From contig NC_068995.1 in the NCBI RefSeq assembly GCF_001194135.2, positions 2,744,477 to 2,808,476 of the forward strand: 64,000 nt of DNA, read 5' to 3'. Shown here one piece after another: positions 37,431 to 52,229 of this stretch; positions within the stretch are counted from its first letter, which is position 1; every line of letters starts with the position of its first letter. The stretch is from Octopus bimaculoides. Its lineage: Eukaryota. A program made the position numbers and the translations under genes. A model generated the notes under the pieces. It saw only the letters and a list, made by a program, of their open reading frames with translations. It searched no databases and was not told where the DNA came from.

Positions 37431-39320
37431 GAGATTTACGTAATCCTCAGGCAGAATCAGGCCAGGCCTTTATATTTACACAATCCATCTAATGAGCTTC
37501 TACAGGGTTTCCATCGCCCTTGTTTCATTTCACTCTCAACACTTGGATCAACTTGAGATTATGGTGGAAACTCTTGTTCAAGGGGTCATGCTGTCTGGTC
37601 AGATCTGAGACCTTGTGATTGCAAAGCTAGCATCTGAACCATTTAGCTTGCTATACATTATGTGTGTATGTGTGTATAGGAAGGGCATCCAGCCATAAAA
37701 ACCATGCCTAATCAGGCTGGGGTCTGGTGCAGCTCCTCAACTTACCAGCCCTGGTCAAACTGTCCAACCCATGCCAGCAAGGACAATGGATGTTAAACAA
37801 TGATGATGATATATATAAATATATAATTGCCTTTAGTTCAGATATAATTGTCCATGTGCAATAATTAATATTTGAGTTAAACTCATTAAGGAAATAAATT
37901 GGTAATGGGGTAGTGGGAGTGGTTAATTAGATAAAACTCAACATTGTCTTTGATTGTGCATTATCTCCATTCCTGCAAGTCTGTCCATTTCTCTGATAGT
38001 GTTAGTTCAGGTGGAACCTCAAGCCTCATTAAGTTAGATTCCTGGACGACAACACCTCAGCGGGAGATTAGAATCTATCCAAATGATATTAGCGTCACTA
38101 TCCTCATCATCACCACCACCATCATCTGCTGAGCATCATCATCACCCTCATTAATCATTGCCACCCTCACCATCACTCCCACCACTACCATCATCATCAG
38201 CAGCAACAACATATTTCAACAATGTCTCTTTAATTTCTCTTTGTTGTTTAATTATTTGGCTGTTTTGATGGCGTTTTAAATACTTTTTGTTTCAATTGCT
38301 GTGGCTTCTCTACAGCTCAGTGACTTCATCGTGGTAATGGTGATAGTAGCGATGACAGAGATGGTGGTGATGACGGTATTAGCTATAGTGCCAGCGATGA
38401 TGATTGGTAATTATGGCAGTGGTGGTGGTGGTAATGTTTGTAGTGATGTTAATAGAAAATATGATGGGTGTGATGCTGATGTGGTGGTGGTATGGTGCTT
38501 GTAGTATTGATTGCAGTGGTGGTGATGAGGATGGTACTGTGGTGGTTCTAATGTTGATTGTGATGATGCCAACGTCGGTGTTGATTACAGATGAGATGTT
38601 GTTTGTAGTGGCGGTGGTGGTGTCGGTGGTGATGCATGTAGTTTATTTTTTAGAACCATTGAACCCTGGCCACAGTATTAAAGACCAGATGTTAAATCAA
38701 TGATTAATGATATGTATTAGACCATGTTTTATGTTACTAGTTCTGACTGTAGTGAGCAGGGGTGTGAGAGCAGTTGATAGAACACCTCAAACTGTGATGA
38801 GGATGTCTTCGGACCTGTCAGCCTCATATGTGGGTGTTTACTAAAGAGAAGGGAGAGCTGGACGAAGCTAATATCTGCTGCAAAATCAATGATTTCAAGT
38901 GATTTCAAGAGGAGGATTAAGTATTCATGTATTGTTGATGTTCAGTTTCTGTTCCAGTAAATTCAGGCTGTGAAAAGGATTGGAATTATGCAGCAGTATT
39001 ATATATCCTACTTGATGTCTTGGTGCATCATCATCATCCCGTTGTTTTAAATGTTAACTTTTCTGTTTGCAGGAATTGAACCACTATCTTATGACCATGA
39101 GTCCAACACAGTGCCTCCACAACATATATATATAGATATAGATAGATATATAGGTTAGTTGAGTTAGAGGTTAAAATAACCATCTAAGGGATAGAAGTAT
39201 CCTTTATACTACCGCTATATTTCCTATTGTTTTTACCTGGGCATACATATGCAGGCATATTATGCCTATAAATTATAGGTAAAGACAAGGGTAAATATGA
39301 GTTCATCAAGAATCAAAATT

Positions 39321-39440
39321 TAAAGAAAATAGAAAACGGAGAAATATTGATGAACAACAACTTACATGAATTATTATAAATAATGATTGATGTAAGTCAA
39401 TTGTTGTTCATCAGTACTTCTCCATTTTCTATTTTCTTTA
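39321..39440. repeat. Fold-back inverted repeat, about 47-bp arms
   Basis: taaagaaaatagaaaacggagaaatattgatgaacaacaa versus ttgttgttcatcagtacttctccattttctattttcttta. Confidence 0.9.
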
Positions 39441-39449
39441 TATAATACA

Positions 39450-39700
39450 TGTTTATAATGAATAACTTTGACACATAATAGCCATTGTCTTGCTGTATCT
39501 TGTATTGACTGGACAGATGGTCATTCAGTGAGTTTTTGTTCCGTTTTCATCAGAGACCATTGTTATTTTCTGTTCTTGGACCATTGTTTCTGAACATGTA
39601 ACAGTTGATATTGTTCTTGCATGCACACGTGTGTGTACTTCGCCATCTAATTTCTAAATGCTGCAACACCAGATGTCTGCAACATTCCCATGTGGAAACC
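39450..39700 (-). pseudogene. Probable second Penelope-like GIY-YIG relic
   Basis: Decayed frames give TCACKNNI, TEQKL, (R)MTI..Q.IQDT, resembling the PLE TCxSxNLIY...GETxxxLxxRMTxHxQQI pattern. Confidence 0.45.
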
Positions 39701-41008
39701 TGTTCTTCTCATTAGTTGCATTTCATAGAATTTACAATGCAAAAAGATCAATGTGCTTTTTGGTCTGTAAAAACTTATAGAATAGATCTGTAATTAAGCA
39801 CTTTGCTTTTATAAGCCAACAAGAGGACTTCTACACTACAATAGGAGTAGAGGCCATGGGTGGAGAACACCTCGCCTGTGGACAAGATTTTGCATACATT
39901 CAAATATAAAAGTCTTGAAAAAATCTTACTTAAAATGCAATTTAGAGCTTAACCTTTTTTTTTTTTTTTTTTTACACCTGTGTGTCTGAGGCCTCCTTTA
40001 GGATTATGGTACTTCTTGTTTTAGTGAGCTAAATTAAGACTTTCCATCAAAATTTCATGTTAATCCATGCCTCATGCAATGATTAAATTCTTCATTAATT
40101 TCAAAATTAATTGAAACAAAGGCAGTGTGTTTTATTAGGAATATGGTAGCCAAAAGAGTTACAACCAAAATGGTAAATTACATAATATTCCTATGAATTT
40201 GTAAAACTGATTGATACATTATTTTTCTCAATACAGAAGTCAAATGTCTTCATCGACATTTTTTATGCCAACTCTTCTTTTTAAACAAAGTGCTTTATTG
40301 TTTTATTCCATTGGTCTCAGCATGTCTAACTGCTGAAGCAGCAGTAACCTCGGGGGGGGGGGCATAAACAAACATCACTGCCACTCCTAACTGGTGTGTC
40401 ACACACACACACACACACACACGATGGGCTTCCATGCAGTTTCTGTCTACCAACTTTCACTCACAAGGTATTATTGGTGAACCTGACGTTAAGATGCCCA
40501 AAGTGTAACACACTGAGATTGAACCTGAAACTACATAGTTACTAAGCAGATGTCTCGACCACTTGTATACATTATTGTTCAGTATATTAGCCATGACCAT
40601 TTGGTGCAAAGTAATTCAGAGTTTAATAATTCTAAATGTTAATTAAAACCTCCAAGACATTCTAGTTTCAAAAGGTCAGAATTTTCTCAAGTGAAAAAAT
40701 ATTTTATTTATATTGATAAGAAATGTGAAGAGTCAACAAGTCTAAACTAAAGTGAAATAAAGAAAAAAAATCCATAAATCTTTAATGTTTCAACAAGTGA
40801 CTTGGTGGTGCCATACTGTTAAATGAACCAAAGATAAATCAGTTCCTTGACAGAATGTGAGTGCATCTTAACATTTCTAAAAGAACTAAAATTTATTTCA
40901 ACAGTTAGGTCTACAGGCACATTTGAAATTAAATTTCTTGTCTGAATCTATAACAATACTAGTGATGGACTTGAACTCCTGTCATGTATGTTAGCCGTTC
41001 AGTTGTGT

Positions 41009-41245
41009 CAGTGGTTCTTAACCAGGGTCCACATAGGATTTTGCTGGTAAAATTTATCTGCAATAAATTGGTTATACTTCTACGATGCACAAAATATTTT
41101 TAACAATGTTTTTCTTATACAATTCCTTAGAATTTTTAATTATAACAATATGATTTTTAAAACATTGAATGACTAGAACGGTCCAGCTGAATAAATTAAA
41201 ACTCGAAGGATTCCATAGGTAAGAAAAAATGATTGAGAAACACTG
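41009..41245. mobile_element. hAT-like MITE (cagtggttct...gagaaacactg)
   Basis: Terminal inverted repeats; siblings at 35440-35665 and 57925-58161; flanks 5 of 8 identical. Confidence 0.75.
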
Positions 41246-44082
41246 AGCTATGACAAAAGATATCACTTTTCCATTCACATAATCTTGTAGACAGATAATA
41301 ATAACTGACGAAGAGTATTTCAGCTGGATCCATCATTTACCATTGACAGTAATTCTTGTAGAATTTACCTATATTTACTTGTACCTTCTTCTAACTCAAA
41401 ACTAGTTCTAGGATTAGTAAATCTCTAATAATGTGATTTAAAATGGTTGTTAATTGGTATGAAGAAGAACCAGATGCTATGGAAGCTACACTTTTCTCTG
41501 GTTTGTTTTGGTTGCCATGGCCATGCTGCAGCACAACCCTCTGTGTTTATGTAATTAGTTTACATCAACTCTAGTATTTATGGAATTTCATTTCTCACTG
41601 GCTTGTATTTTGACAAATTGCCATTCCACTGAGATCCACTCTCTTTTACTCCTTTCCTGTACGATCCTCTCTCCTCCACTCCCTTACATTCCTACACACT
41701 CCTTACTGTGCTACTGAGAATGGCATATAACCTGTTATAAGCTCCTATGTCTTTACAACCCTTACCTGTTGGCTACCTAGACACGGTCACCATGCTTACA
41801 CATTTCGTATCTTAATTACAAATTAGGCCGAAGTCTCTATGTCCTGGTCAAACTAAATAATTCCCATATATTTATTCCCTCACTATAGTTAGACCACAAC
41901 AGTTCTATAAAAGGACTCTGACACGTACATAGCTTGTCTATAATGGGACTGTAGTATGTCTATAGGCTGTAAAGTGACTAGTGTGAGGAAGGGTAACCCA
42001 CAATAGAAACCATGCCAAAGTTCCACCAACGCCATTTGGATTCTTTTAAATTTACAACAGCATCATCTCCACCACCACCACTACACAACCATCATCCCTA
42101 CTAGTTCTATTGATACTTTATATCATCATCATCATCACTATTTTCATCTCCATTAACACTGCACAGTAACTCCTATCTTCACCACCACCACTTCTGCTAC
42201 TTATGTTTTCTGTGCTGCACACTGACCTAACCTACTTTAGTTTGGCCTCTGGTTTCAAAGTGATCATCACCACCACCACCACTACTGTCATCAACATTGC
42301 CACCACCATCATTGCCGCCACCACCACCATCTTTTCTCACTGACATAATGTACAAGAAGGTTGCTAAATAATATCCACTGTCATCTCACGTGCAAGACCC
42401 NNNNNNNNNNNNNNNNNNNNNNNNNNNNNNNNNNNNNNNNNNNNNNNNNNNNNNNNNNNNNNNNNNNNNNNNNNNNNNNNNNNNNNNNAATGTCAACAGG
42501 TCTGACTTTTTTTGAACTTCCAGCTTCTCTTTTCCCTTTGTTTTAATCTTAAATATTTCTATTAACATCAAACAATTTTACTCAACACTCCCTCCCCCCC
42601 TCTCTCTCTCTGTTTGTTTGAAAACCTAAACTTAATCAAATACAACTTGCTACTGTCCTGTTTAATGTGTGTGTGTGTGTGTGTGTGTGACTTTTAACCT
42701 ATCATTAAAGAACCCAGATCAATAATTGGTACTTGTTGTACTGAATGAAATAATAACGCTGCTGCTCTCCTATGGTTTGGTTGAAGCAGGTGGAAAGAAG
42801 GTAAGCTTAATCCTGTATAATGTCAGAACTGATCTGCCTACCTGTGTAGGCAGTTCTGTATACAGGTGAGCATGATCAGAAACATAAGATATTGAACAGT
42901 TCGACTGATTTGTACCAAGAGATTATCACAGTTTACTGACAGATATTGTGGGTTAGATGGTATTTGAGATCATCATTATTGATATTTAATATCCACTTTT
43001 CTATGCTTGTTTGTTGACTGCCATAAAAGGAGAGCTGCTCTATTAGATCTCATGTTCTCACCATTTACAATGACCTCTAGTGGCATCTCTTGGACATTCT
43101 TGGACTGAAGAAAAGGCAGCATGTTGTTCAGTCCCAGATCAGTTTTGATTGGCCAGATCTAAGTTCAAATGTTCCAACCATAGCCATCACATATATTCTT
43201 CAGATGAAGTATATCTTGGACTACATTATCCAATGTATCCTTTCTAATTTAAGATTAGAATGTAATTTGAAAGAAGTTTTGGCTACTATTTTTAGCATGT
43301 TGAGTGGCCACATAAAAGCTTCCTCATCAGCTTGCATTGTAATAATAGTTGTTTAACCCCCTGCTCATCCCTGATCTAGCACTCGTATGATCAGCCATGA
43401 AAGGTAACTTGTGAGTAGGAGAGCCACAACAGAACTTTTTGCATGGCATTGGCACGGGTGTTCTTCACATGGCCCTGGATGACATAATTAGGGATAATTA
43501 TTGAAGTTGTTGTTTGACCACAGGACAGTCTTCATACAGAAGGCACGTGATCAATGATGTTCCAGTCATGACTGCTCCTTCTAGTATACTACACAGAACT
43601 ACATGGTCCCGTGTGGCCTTCCTCTTTATTATGAATTGAGGGAGATTTGGCTGCTGCTTCTTGTTACTTGAACGACTTCACAAAAACTCTCCTGTTGACT
43701 TGTTTAAGCAGTTGCATTAATCTTTCTACAAAATATGAGGCATGTATAAATGGAGTGGGTGAGGTGTGGTAGTGTAGGAGGGTGGCTGTAGAGGAAATGG
43801 TTGGGGTGGGTGTTGGATGTGTAGGAGATGAACAGAGGATGTAACGGCCTGATTGAGGCTGGTATGAGAAGTGTGATGTGGGGGCAGATGGAGGTAAAAA
43901 CAGCAACAAAGATGGAAGTAATGCAAGAGGAATGAGTCAAATAGATTTGATGTTGATGATAAACTTCTAAGAAAGGTCAAGTGCAAGGGAGTTGAGATAA
44001 TGAGACTAGGAGGGAGAGAAAGAGAGAGAGAGAGAGACACGTTGATATGGACATGTCATATGACTTGATATGCTTCTGTCTA

Positions 44083-44211
<129 letters not shown>

Positions 44212-46869
44212 TGTACATGTGTGGGGTGGGTATGGAGATTGTTGTAATTTCCTGATTGCTTAGCTTAAATCTGAAGTCCCTTACACAATTTTACAGTTGA
44301 GATGGTTATATTTCCAAACAACTCATTTTGGAGAGAAATCTCTACAGCAGAGAATCCATTACTAATGAATGTTTTTAATTATATACAAAACAACAACAGC
44401 AAAACGTTATCAGAAGGAAGAATTCAATACATGAAGTGTTAGAATTTAAAAAAAAACCCAAACAATAGAAAAACTGATAGTCTCTTCAAAGCTTCACCAA
44501 AAATGGTTTTCCCAAATTGCAATGATGGTTTTAGGAATTTTTGTATGAATATGTGAGGGGTGTAAGACAATGGAGCCAAATAAGTTGAAAGATGAAGTAT
44601 AATGATCGAGGAAAGACAACTAAAATGGTTCTTCTTCTTTCTAAATCCCTTACGTCTAAACCCCTTACATTCATTTTGGTAATAGGTCCTAATTCCATCT
44701 TGAACCCCTTTTATTATTGACCTATCTGAGGCCACCCCTGGTTCTATGACACAAATGTCCTGTTTTAAAACGATCTAAATTAAAACCTTCCGTCTAATTT
44801 TCATGTTAATTTCTGGTTGAAACACTAGCTTAGTTAATGAGTCATTTCATTGTATTGTTTATCTTTTGCTTGCTTCAGTCATGAGACTGTTGCCATGATG
44901 GGGCAGTACCCTGAAGAATTTTTAGGTGAATGAATCAACCCCCAGGACTTATTCTATTGGTCTCTTTTGCCAAACTGCTAGTGACATAAACACACCTACA
45001 CCAGTTGTAAAGTGGTGGTGGAGGACAAACACACACACACACACACACACATTTACATTGGGCTTCTTTCAGTTTCTATCCACACAGAAGGCTCTGGTTG
45101 GCCTGAGGCTATAGAAGACATTTGCCCAAGGTGCCATGCTGTGGAACTGAGCCCAGAACCGGATGCCTCTCCTAACACCAGTGACCGTAGTGTGCATTGG
45201 TGTTGTCATTCCATACCGGCACTGGTGAGGTTGCCAAGTAACTTGCAAGAGGGGAAAAGAAAAGAAAGCCCCCTTGACTAAGCTGGACAGGGTGGGGGTT
45301 GAAGTATGAGAGAAGGACATGCACAAGTGTGTTGCTATAGTGAAGATATATGGCTGCTCTGCATTGTACAAGGGTGGATGGGAGTAGCTGGGAAGAAGAT
45401 GAGATGGTTGGTGATATGGTGGCAGAATAAGCCCTCAAGTATGTGTAATATATGTATGGTTGGGGGCCATGCAGTCAGTAGTTATGTGTGTGTTTGTTGT
45501 CACGTTGACAGTGTACACGTAGATTTTTAAGTATGAAGAACTGCCAATCATTTGGAATTTCAAGTAATTCTTTTCTGAGTAAACCTGTCATTTCACGTAG
45601 CATTGTTTTGTTTCTTTGTATCCAGAAGCAATGTTTTTATAATTTAAATGCTGTCACTGCAGACTTGAAATATTATAAATCTGAGTGGGTTAGTTTGTCT
45701 TTCTTAAAGTAATCTTATTGCAATGACATCTTCATTTCAAATGAAACAGAATTTAGTCGTTCATATAAAAGCATGGTAAAATAGCGTTGGCTTTTTTGTG
45801 TAAAATGTCTGGCCAAAAAGTTGTCATGCAAGTTGTCTGCATGTGTGATACATTTAGAGCAAAAGGTATGTTTAGAGTAAGAGGTATGCAGGCTCTAAGG
45901 TTGAATTTTGGAAATGATCTAATGAAGGACATTTCCAATGTTCCAGGCTAGATTTTGTAACATTTGCTTTTTTTTTTTTTTCTCTCCAAGTTCTTCATTT
46001 AATTCAAATTTACTTTATCATAGACAAATGCTTTGAGAAAGAGTATAAAGAACATGGGCTGCGCTGGCTCGGATGATTTTGTGGGTGAGAGATTTCTCAC
46101 TTATGAAATGTGTGAAGGATGTCTTCGATTTTTCCAGTAAAGTCAGACATCTTGTCTTTTGTCTGTTTGATTTATGGAAATAAACATCTTTAGAAACAGG
46201 AAGAGCATTAGCAGAAGAAAACGATCTTGGTAGACGCCTAGCTAATTTATATTTGCTTTCTAATCAATTTTGAAATCTCATTAATTCTCAGATTTTTTTC
46301 TGTTGGTCTGCAGAATGGATTCTTTTGCTTGGTTCTATTATTATTTTCCACTGGAATTATGAACATATTTCAAATATTTTTGCCTTGTTTATATACTTCT
46401 AAGTGAAAAATTTTGCTGCAAGTCAAAATGGAGAAAATATTTCCTTCTGCTAAAAACGTCTGAAGTCAAGTTTCCATGTAATTTGTCAGCCAATTCTCAT
46501 TTCCCGAATCGATAAAACTGGAAGTGAATTTAAAATGCTGAAGAGGAGGAGAGAGGAAAAAGTCTTTGGAAAATATCAGGTTAAGAATTCCTGTCTAACT
46601 CTGTGTTTTATTTAATAAAAGAATATAAGTCACTACCATTACTGCTGCTGTTGTCGTTCCATGACCAACAAGCTGGTAGTTATAGGATGTGAAGAATTAC
46701 CGTTGTCTTCATTGCTCTGTTAGCTTAAATTTAGAAAAACCAGAAATAGAGAGGATGGAATAATCTCCAGCCAATTGTTGATCTAAATCATTTTCTGGGA
46801 GAAACTACCCATCACTGAATTAGATTATATTTCCACTGATGCTATTGTTTGTTAATGAAGCAGAGATAG

Positions 46870-47225
46870 GGCAATGTTGTATATAATTACAGTGTGTATA
46901 TAGTTAATATCTAATTATAGTGTGACTATTGTAAATATGTAAATACAGAGTGCATACATTATTGTATGTAATTTGCATGTATCTGTTATAAATATTATGC
47001 AATTACATCATCATCATCATACAGTGTGTGTATATATATATATATTATGTAATTACAATATGTCTATCTAATTATAGTGTGTATGTATTATTAATCTTAT
47101 ATAATTTCAGTGTGCATATATTAACTTACATAATTGGTGTGTATTATATAATTACAATGTGTATATTATATAATTACAGAGTGTATATTATCTAATTACA
47201 GAGTGTATATTGTTAATGTTACGTA
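46870..47225. repeat. AT-rich degenerate minisatellite, unit about 20-22 nt (gtgtatattatataattaca)
   Basis: Repeated taattacag/gtgtatatta motifs. Confidence 0.8.
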
Positions 47226-50200
47226 ATGATTCTGTTTTAATATAGAATTGTGCTTTTTTTTTTCCAGTAAATATTTGATAAAGATTTCATCATAGAAGCT
47301 TATGACACTGATTTTGTTTTGTTTGGTTCTTTAATTTCTACATTATATAGGAATGTGTGTGTGTGTGTGTGTGTGTCTGGAGAAGTACTTAGCTGATCTG
47401 TTTATCAGAGCTCTGATTTGAACACCTGTTTGTTTCCCCCATAAATATATGCTATCTTCATATACGTTTCAGGTTTGTTTCACCATCTGATAAGAAACGG
47501 TTCTGCCGTCTGGGTAGGAGGTGGGCTGGGTGTTGGGAGAAGTCAATAGTCATTGAAGTTATTCACTACTAAATATATACATATATATATATATGTATAT
47601 ATATATGTATGTATGTATGTATGTAAAACATTACATTCTTAATTACACCACTGATTAAATTACTCATTTGAAAGGGAGAGCTTTTTTGGCATGACGTCAC
47701 AAGATCCTGTCACATGACTGTTACAGTGATATCTTGTTATTGTAGCGTTGTGTTTGTAATGGCATCAGCCGTGGTGTGATGGCTTTTTTCTTCAGTCAGC
47801 TTCTCTGTTTTCATGACTAATCTATGATATTTAGTAAACTACCAAGAAATATTTCTGATATTTAAAACTGCATTCTTCACGGTGAATTCTCTGTGATGTG
47901 AAGATATTTCTTGCAGAGCAGCCATCAACCTTAAAAAGAGGCAAGATCTGCAGTTTTTAAAAGATCTTCATTGGAACCAAATTGGTAATTAGGAAGACAA
48001 CTCTGGGTAGATTTCTGCAGATAATAAAACTAATAATAATCTTCTCCAATGTTTGTGTATTTTTATCAGGCACATAAAATGGTTTCTCTTTTGTTTTCAG
48101 TCATTGGACTGTGGCCATACTGGGGCAGTGCTTTGAAGGGATTTTAGTCAAACAAATTGGTGCTGGTGCCACATAGAAAGTGCCCCATACACTCAGTAAA
48201 GTGGCTGGCATTAGCCATAGAAACTATGTCAGAACAGACAATGGAACCTTGAGTGGCTCCTGGCCTTGCCAACTCCTATCAAACTGTCCAACTCATGCCA
48301 GTATGTAAGTAAATTTGGTTGATGGAAACCGTGTGGAAGCCCATTTTGTGTGTATTTGTGTTTGTCTCCCCTCCACTTGACAACTGTTGTTTTGTTTGTG
48401 GTTCCATAGTTTGGTAAATAAAACTGAGATTGAAAGTACCAAACTTGAAAATAAGTTCTGGGGCTGATATGTTTAACTCAACCCTTCAAGATGGTACCCC
48501 ACCATGACTGTAACCCAGTGATTGAAACAGGTAGAAAGAAAAAAAGGTGAAAGACAAGTTATCACTCTCCTTCTAAAGGATTCCCAGGGCACCCTCATAA
48601 AACCTTCCTCGTGTTCCTTCGTCTTTCTTCTCTACTCACTCATCAAAACTATAATTCATCATCTCATTATTATTTTCAACAAAAGATAAATTCTTCACTA
48701 TTTTCGAAATTAATTGCAAAAACCAGAAATATGGTAACAAAAGGGTTTAAAAAAATGATTTAATTTCCTATTCTTTAGTCGGGAGGGAAAGCAGTGTTTG
48801 TGACTCTTTGCTGTGTCTCCAAGATGGTGGAAGCAAGGGAGGGAGGAAGGTAACCTCAACCAGAGATCTGGTTTGAATACTTACAAAAGAGTAGATTCTT
48901 AAATATACCCAAAATCCAGAGAGTTGGTGTTAAACCAGATGGTGAATTGAGTCTGCTGTCCAAGTAGGCCATAACAGGATTTGAACTCCGAATGCAAAGG
49001 TCTGAAGCAAATACTGCAAAGCAACATGTCCAATGTTTTAATGGTTTTGCCAGCCCATAGCACTTGTCTGGTTTTATTTTATCAACTCTGGAAGAATGAA
49101 AGGCAAAATTGAGATCTGAACTTCAGTATACAACTGGCACTCTGTCATTTATGATGACATGGGTTCCAGCTGATCCAGTCCGTAGAAGAGCCTGCTTGTT
49201 AAGTTAATGTGCAAGTGGCTGAGTGCTCAACAGGTGTAAATGTAGAATCCTAAACATAGTTCTCAGGGCAATTCAGTAAAACTCAGTTTTGCCAGCTTAG
49301 TGGAACGGAGCAACATGAAACATAGCATCTTGCTTAAGAACACAATGTACCACCGGGAATCAAACTCACAACGTTACAATCCTGAGCTGAATACCGTAAC
49401 CGCTAAGCCACACAAAAAGCCATAATAAATACTGTTACACATTTCGTGATGTGCTGACAACTCTGCCAGTTCATTTCCTAATTTAGCTAAAGCCCTTAAT
49501 TAAAATGTGATTCATGACTGTGTGTGTGTAGTGAGGGGTTCTTAGGGGTTTACCTTTATTTTTGAATTGTTATCTTTGAACAGGCAACAAACTGAAGCGT
49601 GTGTCAGTTTCATCTTGTGATGTCATCACAGCATGACTATTTCCCCATCCACACAGATGCTGGGACGACTTAATGTTACTGGCGGCTGCTGATAACCCCT
49701 CCAAGATTATGTGGTGCAACTCCTCTATCTAACTAGGACACCGACAAACCTCATAGATAACTGTCAAAAATTCTTCCCAGAATTGTACAGTGTTGATTTA
49801 ACTAGATCCGCTGCCATTCTTTCTTCAACAGTAAAAGGCCCTTGCCCTTTGACCTGCTAGATATGGCAGCCAAATCTTACCGTTTCAAACGAGATGTTCC
49901 TACACAATCTTCAAAAGACGGGATTGTCATGGCTGGAATGTTTTTGATTGTAAATTTGTTCAGTTGACCTGGAGCTAGAAAACAGCAACTTGATATTTTT
50001 CAATGGGTGTGATGGTGCTGTCTTACTATATCTCACCTATTTGCTATGTGACTACATGACTGTGTGACACAGGCAGGTAGACCCTGCCCCAATTGGTAAT
50101 GCACAACTCTTTAATAACTTATTCAGGTTTTATAAAGTTTTTCTTTGTTGAGATCACATTTTGATAGTTTTAATCAACAGTGAAATGGTGAGACTCGTCA

Positions 50201-50948
50201 TAGTTGATACTTTGATCCATGGTGATGAGCCAATCTCTGATCCTCACAGAAAGCTCTTGTTGAAATAAAATGTGTACAGATATGACCACCCTGACTTCTG
50301 CCACCCTACAAACTGTTGTGATGAATGATTACACATTTCACTTGGTCAACATGAAATTGCAGATTATTTTGGAAAAAATCTTTGTACTTTTGTCACTGAT
50401 CAACTGTAATATCCTTGTTAGGAGATGATCTTAGGTGGGTTGGTATAAAAAGAGCTAAAAAGACTATGAACATTGTAACCAGGATTTTGGAGACCTTCCT
50501 GGACCTTGGAACGTTCATGTTAAGGAAGGCAGGGGCTACAGAAAAATCTTCCGCATCGATGTTGTTGTCTAACTCCCAGGTCACCCCTGATCAAGAAGAC
50601 CTATGAACTAACCATGACCATCCTGTCTTTTCAGAAGTGGAGAGGAATATGATTAACACTACATTATCCAGGTGTCCTTTCCTTTTCTAAAACAGTAGAG
50701 GTGTGATTTGAATGGAGAGGGATTTGGCTGTTGCTACTAGCACATCAGGCTCCCTTGTTTGTTGGTGTTCTGTTATGGTGGAGTTGTTTACTTACGTCAG
50801 TTTTAAGTTTCTGTAATTCAACACTACATGTATCACCTTTTTTGAAATACCCTGGTACACAAGTGAGATTAGTTGGCAGATAAATTCCTCAAGCGAAATC
50901 TCAAAGTTAGTCAGCTGTAATTCTTGAGACCCGACACGCGCGTGCGTG

Positions 50949-51017
<69 letters not shown>

Positions 51018-51302
51018 CACAGACTCACACATTCATAGACAGGCACACACGTAAGCAGAGGCAGGAGTTCTTCAGTCAAGTGGGAAGGAGAGAACATATT
51101 TTTGTTGTGTACGGTACATGAGAAGGCAGCCTGCAATTATTAGGTCGTTTAACACAGCTTAAAAGATTGTAATAACAGCAACAAACAAAATACAGACACA
51201 CATGCTACACATTATTGTTATTAAAATTTTTGTTATCCTGAGTTTTAACACTAACTGTATTGTGTGTGTGTTGAATACTTTTCAATCATATATCACATTT
51301 GA

Positions 51303-51370
<68 letters not shown>

Positions 51371-52229
51371 GATATGGTTGAATATGTATGTATAAATATG
51401 AGATATGGTTAAGTATGTTTGTGTGTGTCTTTATATAAATATATGCAAGTCACAATTCTGTGTGGTGCATTTATATTTCTAAATGTATGAAATGGTTGGG
51501 TGGATATGTATGTATGTGCGTGTGTGTGTAAAGATGTTTAAATGAGTTTGTTTATATCAATGAGAGGTATGATTTTAAAATGTACTTTGTTTTTCTTTTA
51601 TGTATATATCTGCACACGCACACACACAAAGCCATTACGTGTGTGTTTGTGTCTGTACCCGTTCACATAGTACAACTCACCAAAAGTTCATTCCCCAAGG
51701 ACAAAGGCAAAAGAAGTGGGTGGCATCCTGCTGAAAACTGCTGATTTTGAAACACTGACATGGATTTCGGCAAAACATGTCAGAACTTCCCTCACGGACT
51801 AAGCAGTGATGACTTGAAAATTCTAAATATATTTGGTGACTTTGAAATTCATAACTAGTGGCTTTGAAGATTTTAAATAGCAGTTTGGAAAAATAGACCT
51901 GGCTGTGTGGTTAAGAAGTTCTCTTTGCAACCACGTGGTTTCAGGCTCAGCCCCATTGCATGGCTCCTTGGACAAGTATCTTCTACTTTAGTCTCTGACC
52001 AAACAAAGCTTTGTGATTGAATTTGATAGATAGAAACTGTGTGGAAGCCTGTTGTGTATATGTGTGTGTGTGTGTGTATGTGTGGTCGTTGCCAGTGCCG
52101 CCAGACTGGCTCCTGTGCAGGTGGCACGTAAAAAAACACCTTTTGAGTGTGGTCATTTGCTAGTACCGCCTGACTGGCCCTCGTGCTGGTGGCACATAGA
52201 AGCACCCGCTACACTCTCAGAGTGTTAGT

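Noticed and set aside
51681-51727. Possible minus-strand micro-exon (cag|gatgcc...ttttg|gtgagt)
   Set aside because: No recognisable peptide or partner exon; such site pairs arise by chance
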